A stretch of DNA of 64,000 nucleotides from Octopus vulgaris (lineage: Eukaryota), in assembly GCA_951406725.2 (NCBI GenBank), contig OX597830.1, forward strand, positions 15,438,001 to 15,502,000, given 5' to 3'. Shown here one piece after another: positions 1 to 12,825 of the stretch. The notes under the pieces are model-generated. The model was not told where the DNA came from. It did not search any database and saw only the letters and a list, made by a program, of their open reading frames with translations. The position numbers and the translations under genes were made by a program. The number at the start of each line of letters is the position of its first letter. Position 1 is the first letter of the stretch.

Positions 1-270
1 CTGAAAGAAGCCCGAGGTTTACATGTGCCTGTGAGTGTGTGTGCACGCAACTTTGTGTCTATGTTTGTGGTCTACCACAGCTTGACAACCAGTGTTGGGG
101 GCGGGATGCGCCCCTGTAATTTAGCGGTTTTGCAAAAGAGCTGATAGAAAAAGTTTCAGGTTTCATTTAATTAAAAGTTCTGGGATCAATCCTTTCGATT
201 AAAACCCTCAGGGCGGTGGCCCCCGCATGGCCGCAATCCAGAGGAATGGAATCAGAAAACGCGATAGCAA
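1..270 (+). mobile_element. Degenerate 3' half of SINE family A
   Basis: ctgaaagaagccc...cttgacaacc...gtaatttagcggtt...ggcggtg..catggccgca follows the family A order seen at 27382-27845. Confidence 0.7.
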
Positions 271-391
271 AGCGAAATTCTTCACCACAGTCATGAATGA
301 TATACGTCATCATCATCGTCATCATTATCAGCAGCAGCAGCAGCAACAACAGAAGCAAAACGATGAGTGTTTGACATTAATATGCTATCTT

Positions 392-620
392 ATTATTTAC
401 TACCCACAGGGGGCTAAACACAGAAGGGACAAACAAGGACAGACAAACGGATTAAGTCGATTACATCGACCCCAGTGTGTAACTGGCACTTATTTAATCG
501 ACCCCGAAAGGATGAAAGGCAAAGTCGACCTCGGCGGAATTTGAACTCAGAACGTAAAGACGGACGAAATGCCGGTAAGCATTTTGACCATCGTGCTGAT
601 GATTCTACCAGCTCACCGCG
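392..620 (-). mobile_element. SINE family B, single long-tail unit with diverged head
   Basis: Reverse complement of the 184-bp unit (ggacaaacaaggacagac...gtcgacctcggcggaatttgaactcagaacg) plus head remnant. Confidence 0.85.
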
Positions 621-1256
621 TATTTGATATTGCTAACTGGACCCTTCCGCCGAGGCTAACTTCGCTTTTCATCCTTTCTGGGTCGATAAAATAAGTATCA
701 GTCGATTACTGGGTTAGATGCAATCGACTTGCCACCATCCCCCGCAAGAAATAGCTGTCCTTGTGTCAAAATTTAAAACTATTATTACTAATCGGACCTC
801 TTTTTATTGATTAGAAGCATATTTCCAACTATAGCCCTCGATAATTATCTTTTGAGCACATTTCGGGTCCAACCATCCTATTTCTCGAATATTTTGTGAG
901 TGGGGGTTTTTTTGTGGGTGGAGTGACTTGCAATTTCAAATAATTCAATAGTTTTAAGATAAATTTCAGTCTTTTAAAGAAGTATCTGAATTTTTTTTTC
1001 AGCCAGCAAGGCATAAATCCACGATGTAATATGACCAAGTGCAAACTTTACCGGACAAAATTGCAACTGTGTCGTCTGCTTGACCACTGTTTCGGATGTA
1101 ACGATTGAAAAGCAGCAGACAAATTGATAGTTTTATGAAGATCAAAATGGTTTTGGATTTTTAACTTTGTTCAATATTATGATGAAGAAAGAATAATTAT
1201 ATAGATGGGGTTAAAATTGCGCATCTTCTTTTTTTTTTTTGATGGGGGCTGCTATT

Positions 1257-1775
1257 TATCATACATACATACATGCATGCATACATACATATATGCATAC
1301 ATACTTATATACATACATACATGCATACATACATACACACGCACGCACGCACATGCATACATACATACATACATACATATGCATATATATATACATACAT
1401 ACATATATACATACATACATACATGCATGCATACATACATACATGCATGCATGCATACATGCATACATACATACATACATACATACATACATACATACAT
1501 GCATACATATATACATACATACATGCATGCATACATACATACATACATACATACGTATATGCATGCATACAAACATACATATATACATACATACATTCAT
1601 ACATACATACATGCATGCATGCATGCATGCATACATACATACATACATGCATGCATGCATGCATACATACATACATACATACATACATACATACATACAT
1701 ACATACATACATGCATGCATGCATACATACATACATACATACATACATACATGCATACATACATACACACATATG
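1257..1775. repeat. (TACA)n/(TGCA)n compound microsatellite
   Basis: Direct inspection; source of the HTYI/MYVC pseudo-ORFs. Confidence 0.97.
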
Positions 1776-2585
1776 TCACCAGTGTGATAGATGAACTAAC
1801 TATGGAACTTATACGAGGTCGCTAGAAATAGCAGTCAAAATAGAAATAGTAGAAACAGAATAGTGATTGCTAGAAATAATAGTCATATCACATTCTGCTA
1901 ACCTGAAAAACGGAAATGAAAAATTAAATAATATAATCGTTAGGCAGTACAAAATGCAACGTGATGGCCGAGGCTGGAATGCTCCTGAACGTAAATTAGC
2001 TTGAATCAAAGTAGACCTGGAGCAAAAAAAACAAAAAAAAAATACAACTGTTTCTATGAAGTGCAGAGCTGTTATTTATTTACTGAAATAATTTACAACT
2101 TTAAACACTTTGAAAAAAAGTGTGAAATAATTCAATGAATACGGTAACACAAAGTCTACCGACAAAGAATGTCTGTCTAAACGTGGGTGAGAAGTAACGC
2201 CTCGGGCCGCAAATCTGATGGCTGAGTCATCGCCACAACGGACACACCCTTCACGTAGTTTTAGTACTCCTTATTCAAGCTCATACGTTTTCCTTGCAGA
2301 CAGATAAATCTGAAGTAGTTGTGTGCGTTCTTTATAATAAATGGTATTTGACCTACTCCCCTCAGTCGCCTCTGCTTCGACTACGCTTTTGTGTGTCTGG
2401 CGCAACTGTCACAGTCTCAAAACACGCACCGCTCAGATACTAATAATTATTATATTTACAACTTAGAGCCAGTTCAGAAAACAAGAAAAAAACAACAGAA
2501 ATACTCCCTCCTACAGCTGTTTGACTAAATATTCATGTAACTTAGCAACTTCCTACTAGGGAAGGGAATTTCTCCTCCGATTCAC

Positions 2586-2586
<1 letters not shown>

Positions 2587-2641
<55 letters not shown>

Positions 2642-2680
2642 CACACACTCTCTCTCTCTCTCTCTCTTATTCACTCTCTT

Positions 2681-2712
<32 letters not shown>

Positions 2713-2797
2713 TCACACACTCTATCTCTCTTACTCACTCTCTCTCTCTCTTACTCACTCTCTCTCTCTCACACACACACACTCTCTCTCTCTTACA

Positions 2798-2843
<46 letters not shown>

Positions 2844-2951
2844 CTCTCTCTCTTACTCTCTCTCTCTCACACACACACACACACTCTCTCTCTCTTACTC
2901 TCTCTCTCTCTCACACACACACACACTCACACACTCTCTCTATCTTACTCA

Positions 2952-2984
<33 letters not shown>

Positions 2985-3110
2985 TCACACACTCTCTCTA
3001 TCTTACTCACTCTCTCTCTCTCTCACACACACACACACTCTCACACACTCTCTCTCTCTTACTCACTCTCTCTCTCACACACACACACACACACGCACAC
3101 ACACACACAC
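2587..3110. repeat. Compound (CA)n(CT)n microsatellite with a recurring TTACTC spacer (higher-order period)
   Basis: Blocks of (CA)n-(CT)n-ttactca-(CT)n repeated about 9 times. Confidence 0.9.
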
Positions 3111-3666
3111 GGGCGTGTGCTAGCTCAAGTCTACAAACATTGCATACAGACACATCTGTATGTGTCTGTGTGAGTGAGTGAATGCGTGTGTGTGTCTGTG
3201 TGTGTATGTGAGTGAGTGTGAGTGTGTGCGCGCGCGTGCATGTATGTTGTGTATATTTTTCTATGCGTAGAGATATAAAATATGCGAGATTTATTTTTAT
3301 TTTTCAAAAAGATTTTAATCCTGTGGGGAGGGGCGGTACCTCTAGTTTTTGCAGTCCCACCCAGTCTGAGCGTGTAAATGTAATTACGTGTGTGTGAGTG
3401 TGTGTGTGTGTGTGCGTGCGTGCGCGCGCCTGTGTGTGCAAGTATGCGTGTTTACAAATAAATGTATATGTCTGTATGCATATGTATACATATATATATA
3501 TGTGTGTGTGTGTGAGAGTATATATATATATATATGTATATATATAAATATACACACACATATATATATATATATATATAGACAAACATATATATACATT
3601 ATATGAATACGTGTGAGTATACATGCGTGGAAATAGTTGGAAATAGTATGTATGTCTGTGTGTATG

Positions 3667-3735
<69 letters not shown>

Positions 3736-4485
3736 GTGTGTGTAAATGTGTGTGTGTGTGTGTGTAGCTACATCTGTATCTGTAACCCTCATACATACAT
3801 ACATACATACATACATACATACCTACATACATACATACACACATACACACGTACGCACGTACGTGCATACGTACAATCTATATTAAATGCTCCTGTGTGA
3901 ATACAGAGACAGACATGATGAGAGTCTGTATCAGTGTAGGTATGCATGTATATATATGCGTATACTCAAGTGATATATCTTTATGTATGCATATAACTGC
4001 CTGTATAATCTGACCACATATATAACCCTTGTAAACGTGAAGCCGATGCTGTCATCGATTTCCGACTAGATTCAGGGTCCTTTCATTGTAGCTCGAAACT
4101 GTTTCTTCAGCTGGACCTTAAAAGGGGAAGCAGGAAGTCGTCATTCGAAAAAGTAGCTTACATTGACATGCTAAAGTAGAATATCCAGAATATGATGTAT
4201 ATAACGAAAACGATGAGCCTTCCATAGGAGAAACTCTATGTACAAATACATAAATACTGCTAGATACGTAAATGTCTCTGCTGAGTTAATTGCTTATACA
4301 TAAAATGGATCTCCGTTGGTTTCGACGAATAAGTACTCAGTTGATAAGTACTCAGAAATACCTGCTCACTGGAATAGGCGTAACTAATCGAGTATTCTAC
4401 AGACTTGTATACTAATAATATAGATAACTATTAAGTGGAATCGGCATGAGTCAGTGTGTGATACGGATTGGACATCGAATTGCTG

Positions 4486-4686
4486 GGCGTAATTTCGGTA
4501 TAAGTACCGGAAGTACCGGATACATTTCAAGAAAGTGTTTTTTTTATATATGGGGCGGTTAGGGTTAAGGTTAGGGTTAGGGTTAGGGTTTCTGTTAGGG
4601 TTAGGGTTAGGGTAAGGAGAAAAGGGTTTCTGTTATCTTCAGAAATGTAAACAAAGTCACGTGTGTATCTATACCGAAGGATCGCC
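4486..4686. mobile_element. MITE with internal (TTAGGG)n tract and 9-bp TSD
   Basis: Imperfect TIRs ggcgtaatttcggtata / tataccgaaggatcgcc; TSD gaattgctg at 4477-4485 and 4687-4695; telomere-like repeats ~4557-4612. Confidence 0.8.
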
Positions 4687-4924
4687 GAATTGCTGCCATA
4701 AATCCATCTGATGTACTTCAAAAGAGTTGTAAGCCGAGGGTTAACTCGGGTGCATGAGAAAAGACACTTGCCCCAAGATTCCACTCGGTTGGATCGAACA
4801 AGGGGCTTTGTAATTGCGAAGTGAAGTTCTTTACTATTCGAATTTTAAAAAAAAAGAACACTCCCCTTATTTATTTTTTTTTTTTTTTTTTTTGTACTTG
4901 TTTCAGTCATTTGACTGAAGTACA

Positions 4925-5084
4925 GTCCCTGAGTACAGCAGGGATCACCACCTCCTGCCGGAGCCTCGTGGAGCTTTTAGGTGTTTTCGCTCAATAAACA
5001 CACACAACGCCCGGTCTGGGAATCGAAACCGCGATCCTCCGACCGCAAGTCCGCTGCCCTAACCACTAGGCCATTGCGCCTCCA
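4925..5084 (-). mobile_element. SINE family C (tRNA-like head), 3'-truncated
   Basis: Reverse complement of ggaggcgcaatggcctagtggttagggcagcgg...ggtttcgattcccagacc (A and B boxes). Confidence 0.85.
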
Positions 5085-5246
5085 CTTTTATAACTACTTT
5101 TATTTTTATGCGTAGTTTAGTTATACAGCGTAACATATCTTTTTTTTTCTTTTTTGTCTTTGGTCAGTAAGTGTTATTCCCTATTCGAGTCTATCTTGAA
5201 ATCAGAGGAAATGGTTACTATTTCCTTCAAACTTTACTTTTGTAAC

Positions 5247-5484
5247 CTTTACTCTTTTACTCTTTTACTTGTTTCAGTCATTTGACTGCGGCCATGCTGG
5301 AGCACCGCTTTTAATCGAGCAACTCGACCCCGGGACTTATACTTTGTAAGCCCAGTATTTATTCTATCGGTCTCTTTTGCCGAACCGCAAAGTAACGGGG
5401 ACATAAACACACCAGCATCGGTTGTCAAGCAATGCTAGGGGGACAAACACAGACACACAAACAAACACGCACTTACACACACAT

Positions 5485-5540
<56 letters not shown>

Positions 5541-5701
5541 GACGGGCTTCTTTCAGTTTCCGTCTACCAAATCCACTCACAAGGCTTTGGTCGGCCCGAG
5601 GCTATAGTAGAAGACACTTGCACAAGGTGCCACGCAGTGGGACTGAACCCGGAACCATGTGGTTGGTAAACAAGCTACTTACCACACAGCCACTCCTGCG
5701 C
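5247..5701 (-). mobile_element. SINE family A, full length, internal (TA)n/(TG)n
   Basis: tRNA-like head (tggctgtgtggt A box, ggttcagtccc B box), central microsatellite, (GAGTAAAA)n-like tail. Confidence 0.92.
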
Positions 5702-5973
5702 AATGTTTTGAAGCTCATCCATTTTCCATTACCTTTCAGAGAGATTCGCCGCTGAGTTGCTGAAGCAGAAATATCATTATAGCAACTATTCCGGCTCAAC
5801 ACCACAGATCTGCTTGTCAGTCGCTTGACCTTCACCACTTGAGCATGTCTCTTAGTGGCTGACAATATGTGCATCTCTAATCATGAGTAAAAGTAGTGGG
5901 GTGGAGCATCATAGCCATGTGCTGAGAGGGATTCTTTGGGGTTTGAATAAATGTAAGAAAAGCAAATTTTGTC

Positions 5974-6046
<73 letters not shown>

Positions 6047-6696
6047 ATGCTTGTGTCTCAGTTTCCGTCTACTAAATCCACTCACAAGGCTTTCGTCGGC
6101 CCAAGCCTACAGTAGAAGACACTTGCCCAAGGTGCCATGCAGTGGGACTGAACCCAGAACTATGTGGCTGGGAAACAAACACCTTACAGCACAGTCATGG
6201 CATAAAGATATGGTTATTCATGTTATTACTTTTCTTACTTTTTAATACCTTTAAACAAAGAAAGGATGGGCGGCGAGCTGGCAGAATCGGTTGCACGTTG
6301 GACAAAATGCTTGGTGATTTTTCTTCCACCTTTGCGTTCTAAGTTCAAATGATGCTGATGTCGACTTTGCCTTTCATCATTCCGTGGTCGATAAAATAAG
6401 TACCAGTTGAGCATTGGGGTCGACGTCAACCAACTACCCACTTCGTTATCATAAGACTTGCGCCTGTAATAGAGAGAGTTATTTCTTTTGAGTAGCTTCG
6501 TTGTGTTTACGAAAGTCATAAATGGATTAGTGGGGCGAGAGAGCTCATTGACCTTTCTCCAAATTTAGTAACAAACCTGAAAGACTTGCTGATCTCTATC
6601 ACGAGGACGACATCAACAAGTGGATGACCAACAACTGATAGTAAGGTGAACGAAGTTATTTAGTGACTTAGTCATACAGAAAACATTATGGTTGTA

Positions 6697-6753
<57 letters not shown>

Positions 6754-7024
6754 GAGGCAGAAAATGGAATTGATGTGTGAGAGTAAAAAAAAAGAGAATT
6801 TAAACTCTAAAGAGTATTTAAACCAATTAATTCTATATAAGAATCGTTGTTTAGCTAAACATTGTTGTCAGATCTACATCAGCAGATGATTGACTCCAGA
6901 TGTTTGCACGCACATACATACAAATATGCAAGCATACATACATACATACATACATACGTACTATATACATACATGCACACACACACACACATAGACATAA
7001 ATACATACATACATTCATGCATGC

Positions 7025-7073
<49 letters not shown>

Positions 7074-7219
7074 CAAATATAAAGTATGTAACATATTATG
7101 TATGTTTATATATATATATATACACGCATATATATGTGTGTGTGCGTGTATATAAATGTGTATTTACACACACAGAGACTCACACACATTTATAAGAGTA
7201 TGTGTGCGTGTGTGCATAA

Positions 7220-7260
<41 letters not shown>

Positions 7261-7266
<6 letters not shown>

Positions 7267-7470
7267 GTCCCAGAAGTCGGGCACCACCGTGGTTTTTTAA
7301 AAGAATACATTCTTACTGATTTCAGAAATACGTTATTGAAATTAATCATAACAAATGCTCAAATTGAGTACCCTCTACAATAAAACATGCCGAAAAATAT
7401 ATAATAAAATAAAATGCTTTAATTATTCTTAATAAAAACCAGAACGGTGCGCGACTTCTGGGACACCCTG
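7261..7470. mobile_element. Tc1/mariner-type MITE inserted in (TA)n
   Basis: TIRs agggtgtcccagaagtcg / cgacttctgggacaccct with TA flanks. Confidence 0.85.
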
Positions 7471-7494
7471 TATATATATATGTATATACGCCAT

Positions 7495-7692
7495 GATAGA
7501 TCGTTAGCCACTACACACATTTTTTTTCTCCTTTCTTTTCTCTCCTTGTTTCTCTCTTTGTTTTTTCTGTGCCCCTTTCTGTAGAAGAGCGTAGGCTCGA
7601 AACGTAAAAGACTTTTTCAATTCCTGAGCGTTATACTAATACATCTGTTTGTACACCACCTATCTTCGTCTTTTATTTTTTTCGTAAACTCT

Positions 7693-7696
<4 letters not shown>
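7495..7696 (+). mobile_element. Penelope-like pLTR fragment between (TA)n tracts
   Basis: Second copy at 51474-51651; contains a minimal hammerhead motif. Confidence 0.65.
7575..7610 (+). ncRNA. Minimal type I hammerhead ribozyme motif (A6U core variant)
   Basis: CUUU-CUGUAGA-A-GAGC(GUAG)GCUC-GAAAC-GUA-AAAG: stem I CUUU/AAAG, 4-bp stem II, palindromic ACGU stem III. Confidence 0.7.
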
Positions 7697-7743
<47 letters not shown>

Positions 7744-7756
<13 letters not shown>

Positions 7757-8092
7757 TTAGAGACAAAACCACTATTTTGCAAAACAAACAAGGAAAGACT
7801 TAATCAACACATAAAATTTTAATAAAAAGTAAAAAAACCGCCACTACAATTGTTTCATGTCTTGATCGACAATCTTCAGGTGGATTTCCGATTTTCAAGT
7901 CAGTTTCAAATTGTAGTGGCGGTTTTTTTTTACTTTTTATTAAAATTTTATGTATTGATTAAGTCTTTCCTTGTTTGTTTTGCAAAATAGTGGTTTTGTC
8001 TCTAATTAATATTATATAATATTTTACTATAAAATTGGATTTAATCCTAAATCTGATTTTTCCCTGTAAATTTCGATTTATTCCCTAATATT

Positions 8093-8095
<3 letters not shown>
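7744..8095. mobile_element. Fold-back Penelope-like pLTR fragment (arms 7744-7851 / 7909-8018)
   Basis: ~108-bp near-perfect inverted repeat, hammerhead spanning the arm/spacer junction, (TA)n on both sides. Confidence 0.7.
7841..7883 (-). ncRNA. Minimal type I hammerhead ribozyme motif
   Basis: Minus strand CCAC-CUGAAGA-U-UGUC(GAUCAA)GACA-U-GAAAC-AAUU-GUA-GUGG; intact core, U.U at the base of stem II. Confidence 0.75.
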
Positions 8096-8139
<44 letters not shown>

Positions 8140-8232
8140 CAACAATTGAGGGTAAAATTAATTAATTATTAATCAATTTCACCAAGTGTTCAGTATGCAA
8201 AGGGACCATTTAAGGCGAATTCAAATTATTAC

Positions 8233-8517
8233 ATTATATAAAAGGGCTTAGTAAAATAAATTACTTTGCCGCATACTGAACTCATTAGAAATAGCAGCTA
8301 AAAAACTTTTTTAAAGCTATTTCTAATACTTAAAGAAAATCTCTCTCATATAGTGTTTGCTTAACTCAACTCACGAAACTTTCGTGAGTTGAGTTAAGCA
8401 AACACTATATGAGAGAGATTTTCTTTAAGTATTAGAAATAGCTTTAAAAAAGTTTTTTAGCTGCTATTTCTAATGAGTTCAGTATGCGGCAAAGTAATTT
8501 ATTTTACTAAGCCCTTT

Positions 8518-8525
<8 letters not shown>
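8233..8525. repeat. Apparently perfect palindrome, 146-bp arms, 1-nt centre (C8379)
   Basis: ...ttaactcaactcacgaaa c tttcgtgagttgagttaa...; arms match by eye out to attatataaaagggc/gcccttttatataat. Confidence 0.92.
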
Positions 8526-8611
<86 letters not shown>

Positions 8612-8907
8612 CGCACACACAAATACACGCTCACAAACACACACACACACACAAATACACACTCACAAACACACACGCTCACACATACACACCGGAACAC
8701 TTCGAGAGAATATGCACGACTACAAAACTAAATGAGATTAAAAACTAAGTTTAAAAAGCAACATGTCGACTTGCATCTCCAGCTTCAGCGTTTTTTAACA
8801 CCTGAAAAAAATATTATAGTCTTATATGTGACATTTACATATGAACATGCGTCGCTTGATGCTCGATGAGGGTTCACTGTAGTCAGACAATATTTCAAAT
8901 ACCATAA

Positions 8908-10222
8908 GGCGGCGAGTTCGGAGACACGTTAGCACGCCGGGCGAAATGCGCAGCCGTATTTCGTCTGCCGCTACGTTGTGAGTTCAAATTCCGCCGACAT
9001 CGACTTTGCTTTTCATCCTTTCGGGGTCGATAAATTAAGTACCAGTTACGCACTAGAGTCGATGTAATCGACTTAATACCTACGTCTGTCCTTGTTTGTC
9101 CCCTCTATGTTTAGCCCCTTGTAGATAGTAAAGAAATAGGTATTCCGTCTGCCGTTACGTTCTGAGTTCAAATTCCGCCGAGGTTGACTTTGCCTCTCAT
9201 CCTTTCGGGGTCGATAAATTAAGTACCAGTTACGCACTAGAGTCGATGTAATCGACTTAATACCTACGTCTGTCCTTGTTTGTCCCCTCTATGTTTAGCC
9301 CCTTGTAGATAGTAAAGAAATAGGTATTCCGTCTGCCGTTACGTTCTGAGTTCAAATTCCGCCGAGGTCGACTTTGCTTTTCATCCTTTAGGGGTCGATA
9401 AATTAAATACCAGTTACGCACTGGGGTCGATGTAATCGACTTAATCCGTTTGTCTGTCCTTGTTTGTCCCTTCTGTGTGTAGCCCCTTGTGGGTAGTAAA
9501 GAAATAAGTATTTCGTCTGTCTATATGTTCTGAGTTCAAATTCCGCCGAGGTCGACTTTGCTTTTCATCCTTTCGGGGTCGATAAATTAAGTACCAGTTA
9601 CGCACTAGAGTCGATGTAATCGACTTAATACCTACGTCTGTCCTTGTTTGTCCCCTCTATGTTTAGCCCCTTGTAGATAGTAAAGAAATAGGTATTCCGT
9701 CTGCCGTTACGTTCTGAGTTCAAATTCCGCCGAGGTTGACTTTGCCTCTCATCCTTTCGGGGTCAATAAAATAAAAACCAGTTACGCACTGGGGTCGATG
9801 TAATCGACTTAATCCGTTTGTCTGTCCTTGTTTGTCCCCTCTGTGTGTAGCCCCTTGAGGGTAGTAAAGAAATAAGTATTTCGTCTGTCTATATGTTCTG
9901 AGTTCAAATTCCGCCGAGGTCGACTTTGCCTTTCATCCTTTCGGGGTCGATAAATTACGTACCAGTTACGCACTGTGGTCGATATAATCGACTTAATCCC
10001 TTTGTCTGTCCTTGTTCCTCCTCTCTGTGTGTAGCCCCTTGTGGGTAGTAAAGAAATAGGTTTTCGTCTGTCTATACGTTCTGAGTTCAAATTCCGCCGA
10101 GGTCGACTTTGCCTTTCATCCTTTCGGGTGTCGATAAATTAAATACCAGTTGCTTACTGGGTCGATCTAATCAACTGAACCCTTTCCCAAAAATTTCGGG
10201 CCTTGTGCCTAGAGTAGAAAAG
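8908..10222 (+). mobile_element. SINE family B multimer: one head plus 7 tandem 184-bp units, 19-bp TSD
   Basis: gtcgataaatt-like motif recurs every 184 bp from 9026 to 10130; TSD aatatttcaaataccataa at 8889-8907 and 10223-10241. Confidence 0.92.
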
Positions 10223-10752
10223 AATATTTCAAATACCATAATATATTTTTCGGTTATTTTTTTCATATCGAAACTGGTTGTATGTTCCCAATGGCCAATC
10301 ACTATTTTGCTATGTTTCTGAAAACGAAAGAAGGAAGGGGTTCTTCAACTCGGTGAGACAAACGCAGGATGAGGGCTTTATTTATTTATTTATTTATTTA
10401 TTTATTGAAATCTCTTGTATTCGAAGAAATCGAGTTTGCATTTTTATAAACCATTGTTTTCACCACTTACACGTAAACATGTGTGTGGGTATATGTGCGT
10501 GTGTGTGTGAGTGTAAGTGTGCGCGTGTGTGTGTGTGTGCATGTGTGTGCGTGGTTGTCAAACACGCGCATGCTCATATTGCCTATGTTTATATGCATAA
10601 TCAGCCGAAATTGCGAAGATGATCTGGTTCTTGACTGATGACTGAGAGCTTCGAAAGTCCCGTCTGTGTGTTTTTTTGTCGTCTTCAAAATGTTTCACGT
10701 TCTTGTCCCAGTTTGTGTTTTTTTTAACGTTTACATATATATATATATATGC

Positions 10753-11010
10753 ACATGCAAATTAAGAGGAATGACCACTGAAAGTGGACTCCTAATATGC
10801 TAAAGATAGATGTCAAATCGCCTTACCATGAAGAGTGCGTTCTCAAGAAAAATTTCAGCAGAACGCCAGAATGTAAGAAAGAGCAAGACAAATGGTTGTC
10901 ATTCCCCTTAATTTGTATGTAATATAATTTTTAATCCTCGGACTTTTTCAATATGCTAAGCTGTTGGTTTTAATTGATTAATATCAATTTCTACCCTCGT
11001 CATTTATTTT
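10753..11010. mobile_element. Probable decayed fold-back (Penelope-like) fragment
   Basis: Inverted pair 10753-10775 / 10898-10920; 10960-11000 resembles the reverse complement of 8147-8185; microsatellite flanks. Confidence 0.4.
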
Positions 11011-11014
11011 ATAT

Positions 11015-11094
<80 letters not shown>

Positions 11095-11197
11095 ACACAT
11101 ACACACACACATACACACACACACATACACACACACATATATGTATATATATATTTATACCCAGATGTATACATGTGTATGTATGTAGATATTTTTA

Positions 11198-11566
<369 letters not shown>

Positions 11567-11945
11567 TCGTGTACTCAAAGTTCCCTCGATTTAAATGAAG
11601 CCGCATAAATGCGTAAATAATGATTCGGACACGGTCAAACATCTCAGCTCATTCCCTTCTGCATCAATGTCATTTGTTACGCATTTACGCAACTTCGGCT
11701 AAGTCTTATAAACTGTTTCAGATCAGATATGTATTTATGCTGTTTTCGCAGCTACTTAGTGCATAATTTAATATTTAATTAAAATAGCTACCAGCATAGG
11801 TACTAAAAATGTTATAAATTGAACTTCCAATTCGCAGATACTGCCATATTTTGTGCGCTTACAGAGCCAGTAGCTATGTGTTTCTTTGTAGCGAGAACGG
11901 GGATTGTAAATGGCCTCTGAAGATAATTTCAATTAGAACCCAAAT

Positions 11946-12187
11946 TACTCTTTACTCTTTACTCTTTACTCTTTTACTCTTTTATTTGTTTCAGTCATTT
12001 GACTGCGGCCATGCTGGAGCACCGCCTTTAGTCGAGGAAATCGACTCTCAGGACTTATTCTTTGTAAGCCTAGTACTTATTCTATCGGTCTCTTTTGTCG
12101 AACTGCTAAGTTACGGGGACGTAAACACACCAGCATCGGTTGTCAAGCGATGTTGGGGTGACAAACACAGACACACAAACACACACA

Positions 12188-12220
<33 letters not shown>

Positions 12221-12390
12221 CATATATACGACGGGCTTCTTTCAGTTTCCGTCTACCAAATCCACTCACAAGGCTTTGGTCAGCCTGAGGCTATAGTAGA
12301 AGACACTTGCCCAAGGTGTCATGCAGTGGGACTGAACCCGGAACCATGTGGTTGGTAAGCAAGCTACTTACCACACAGCCACTCCTGCGC
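11946..12390 (-). mobile_element. SINE family A, full length
   Basis: Colinear with 5247-5701. Confidence 0.92.
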
Positions 12391-12779
12391 ACATCACTTA
12401 CATTTTTTCAATCTGCAGAGATATAAGTTTTTTTGCGTTTTTTTTTTTAAAGCAGTGCTCTAGCATGGCCGCAGTCAAATGACTGAAACATGTAAAAGGA
12501 TAAAAGAGTAAAAGAAAGATATGTTTAAACGTGTCAGTATAACCATTCGCTCATTTATGCAGCTTTATATCCTTTGATATTCCAGTATAATCGGGCCTTG
12601 TGCGTAGAGTAGTAAAAAATATTTTGGGATAGCCATGTATTTAATCGTCCATTTTGGTTGCTTACTGCACGATTGTATACATAAACATACACAAACATAT
12701 ATATATATATGGACATATATGTTAACAGACACACAGGCGCCTATACACATACACAGACATACACACAAGCATATACATG

Positions 12780-12825
<46 letters not shown>

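Noticed and set aside
227-544. PolyH/polyQ ORF resembling a transcription factor
   Set aside because: (CAT)n(CAG)n microsatellite between two SINEs; the remainder of the ORF is SINE sequence.
4557-4612. True telomere or chromosome fusion site
   Set aside because: Short tract inside a TIR/TSD-bounded MITE.
6560-6655. DINKWMTNN resembling an L2/CR1 RT motif
   Set aside because: Too short, with immediate stops; cannot be distinguished from chance.
8908-10222. CRISPR-like regular array
   Set aside because: Units are contiguous 184-bp repeats with no unique spacers, in eukaryotic DNA with no cas genes.
10630-10665. Hammerhead at CTGATGA...GAAAG
   Set aside because: Stem II and stem III/cleavage site cannot be paired convincingly.
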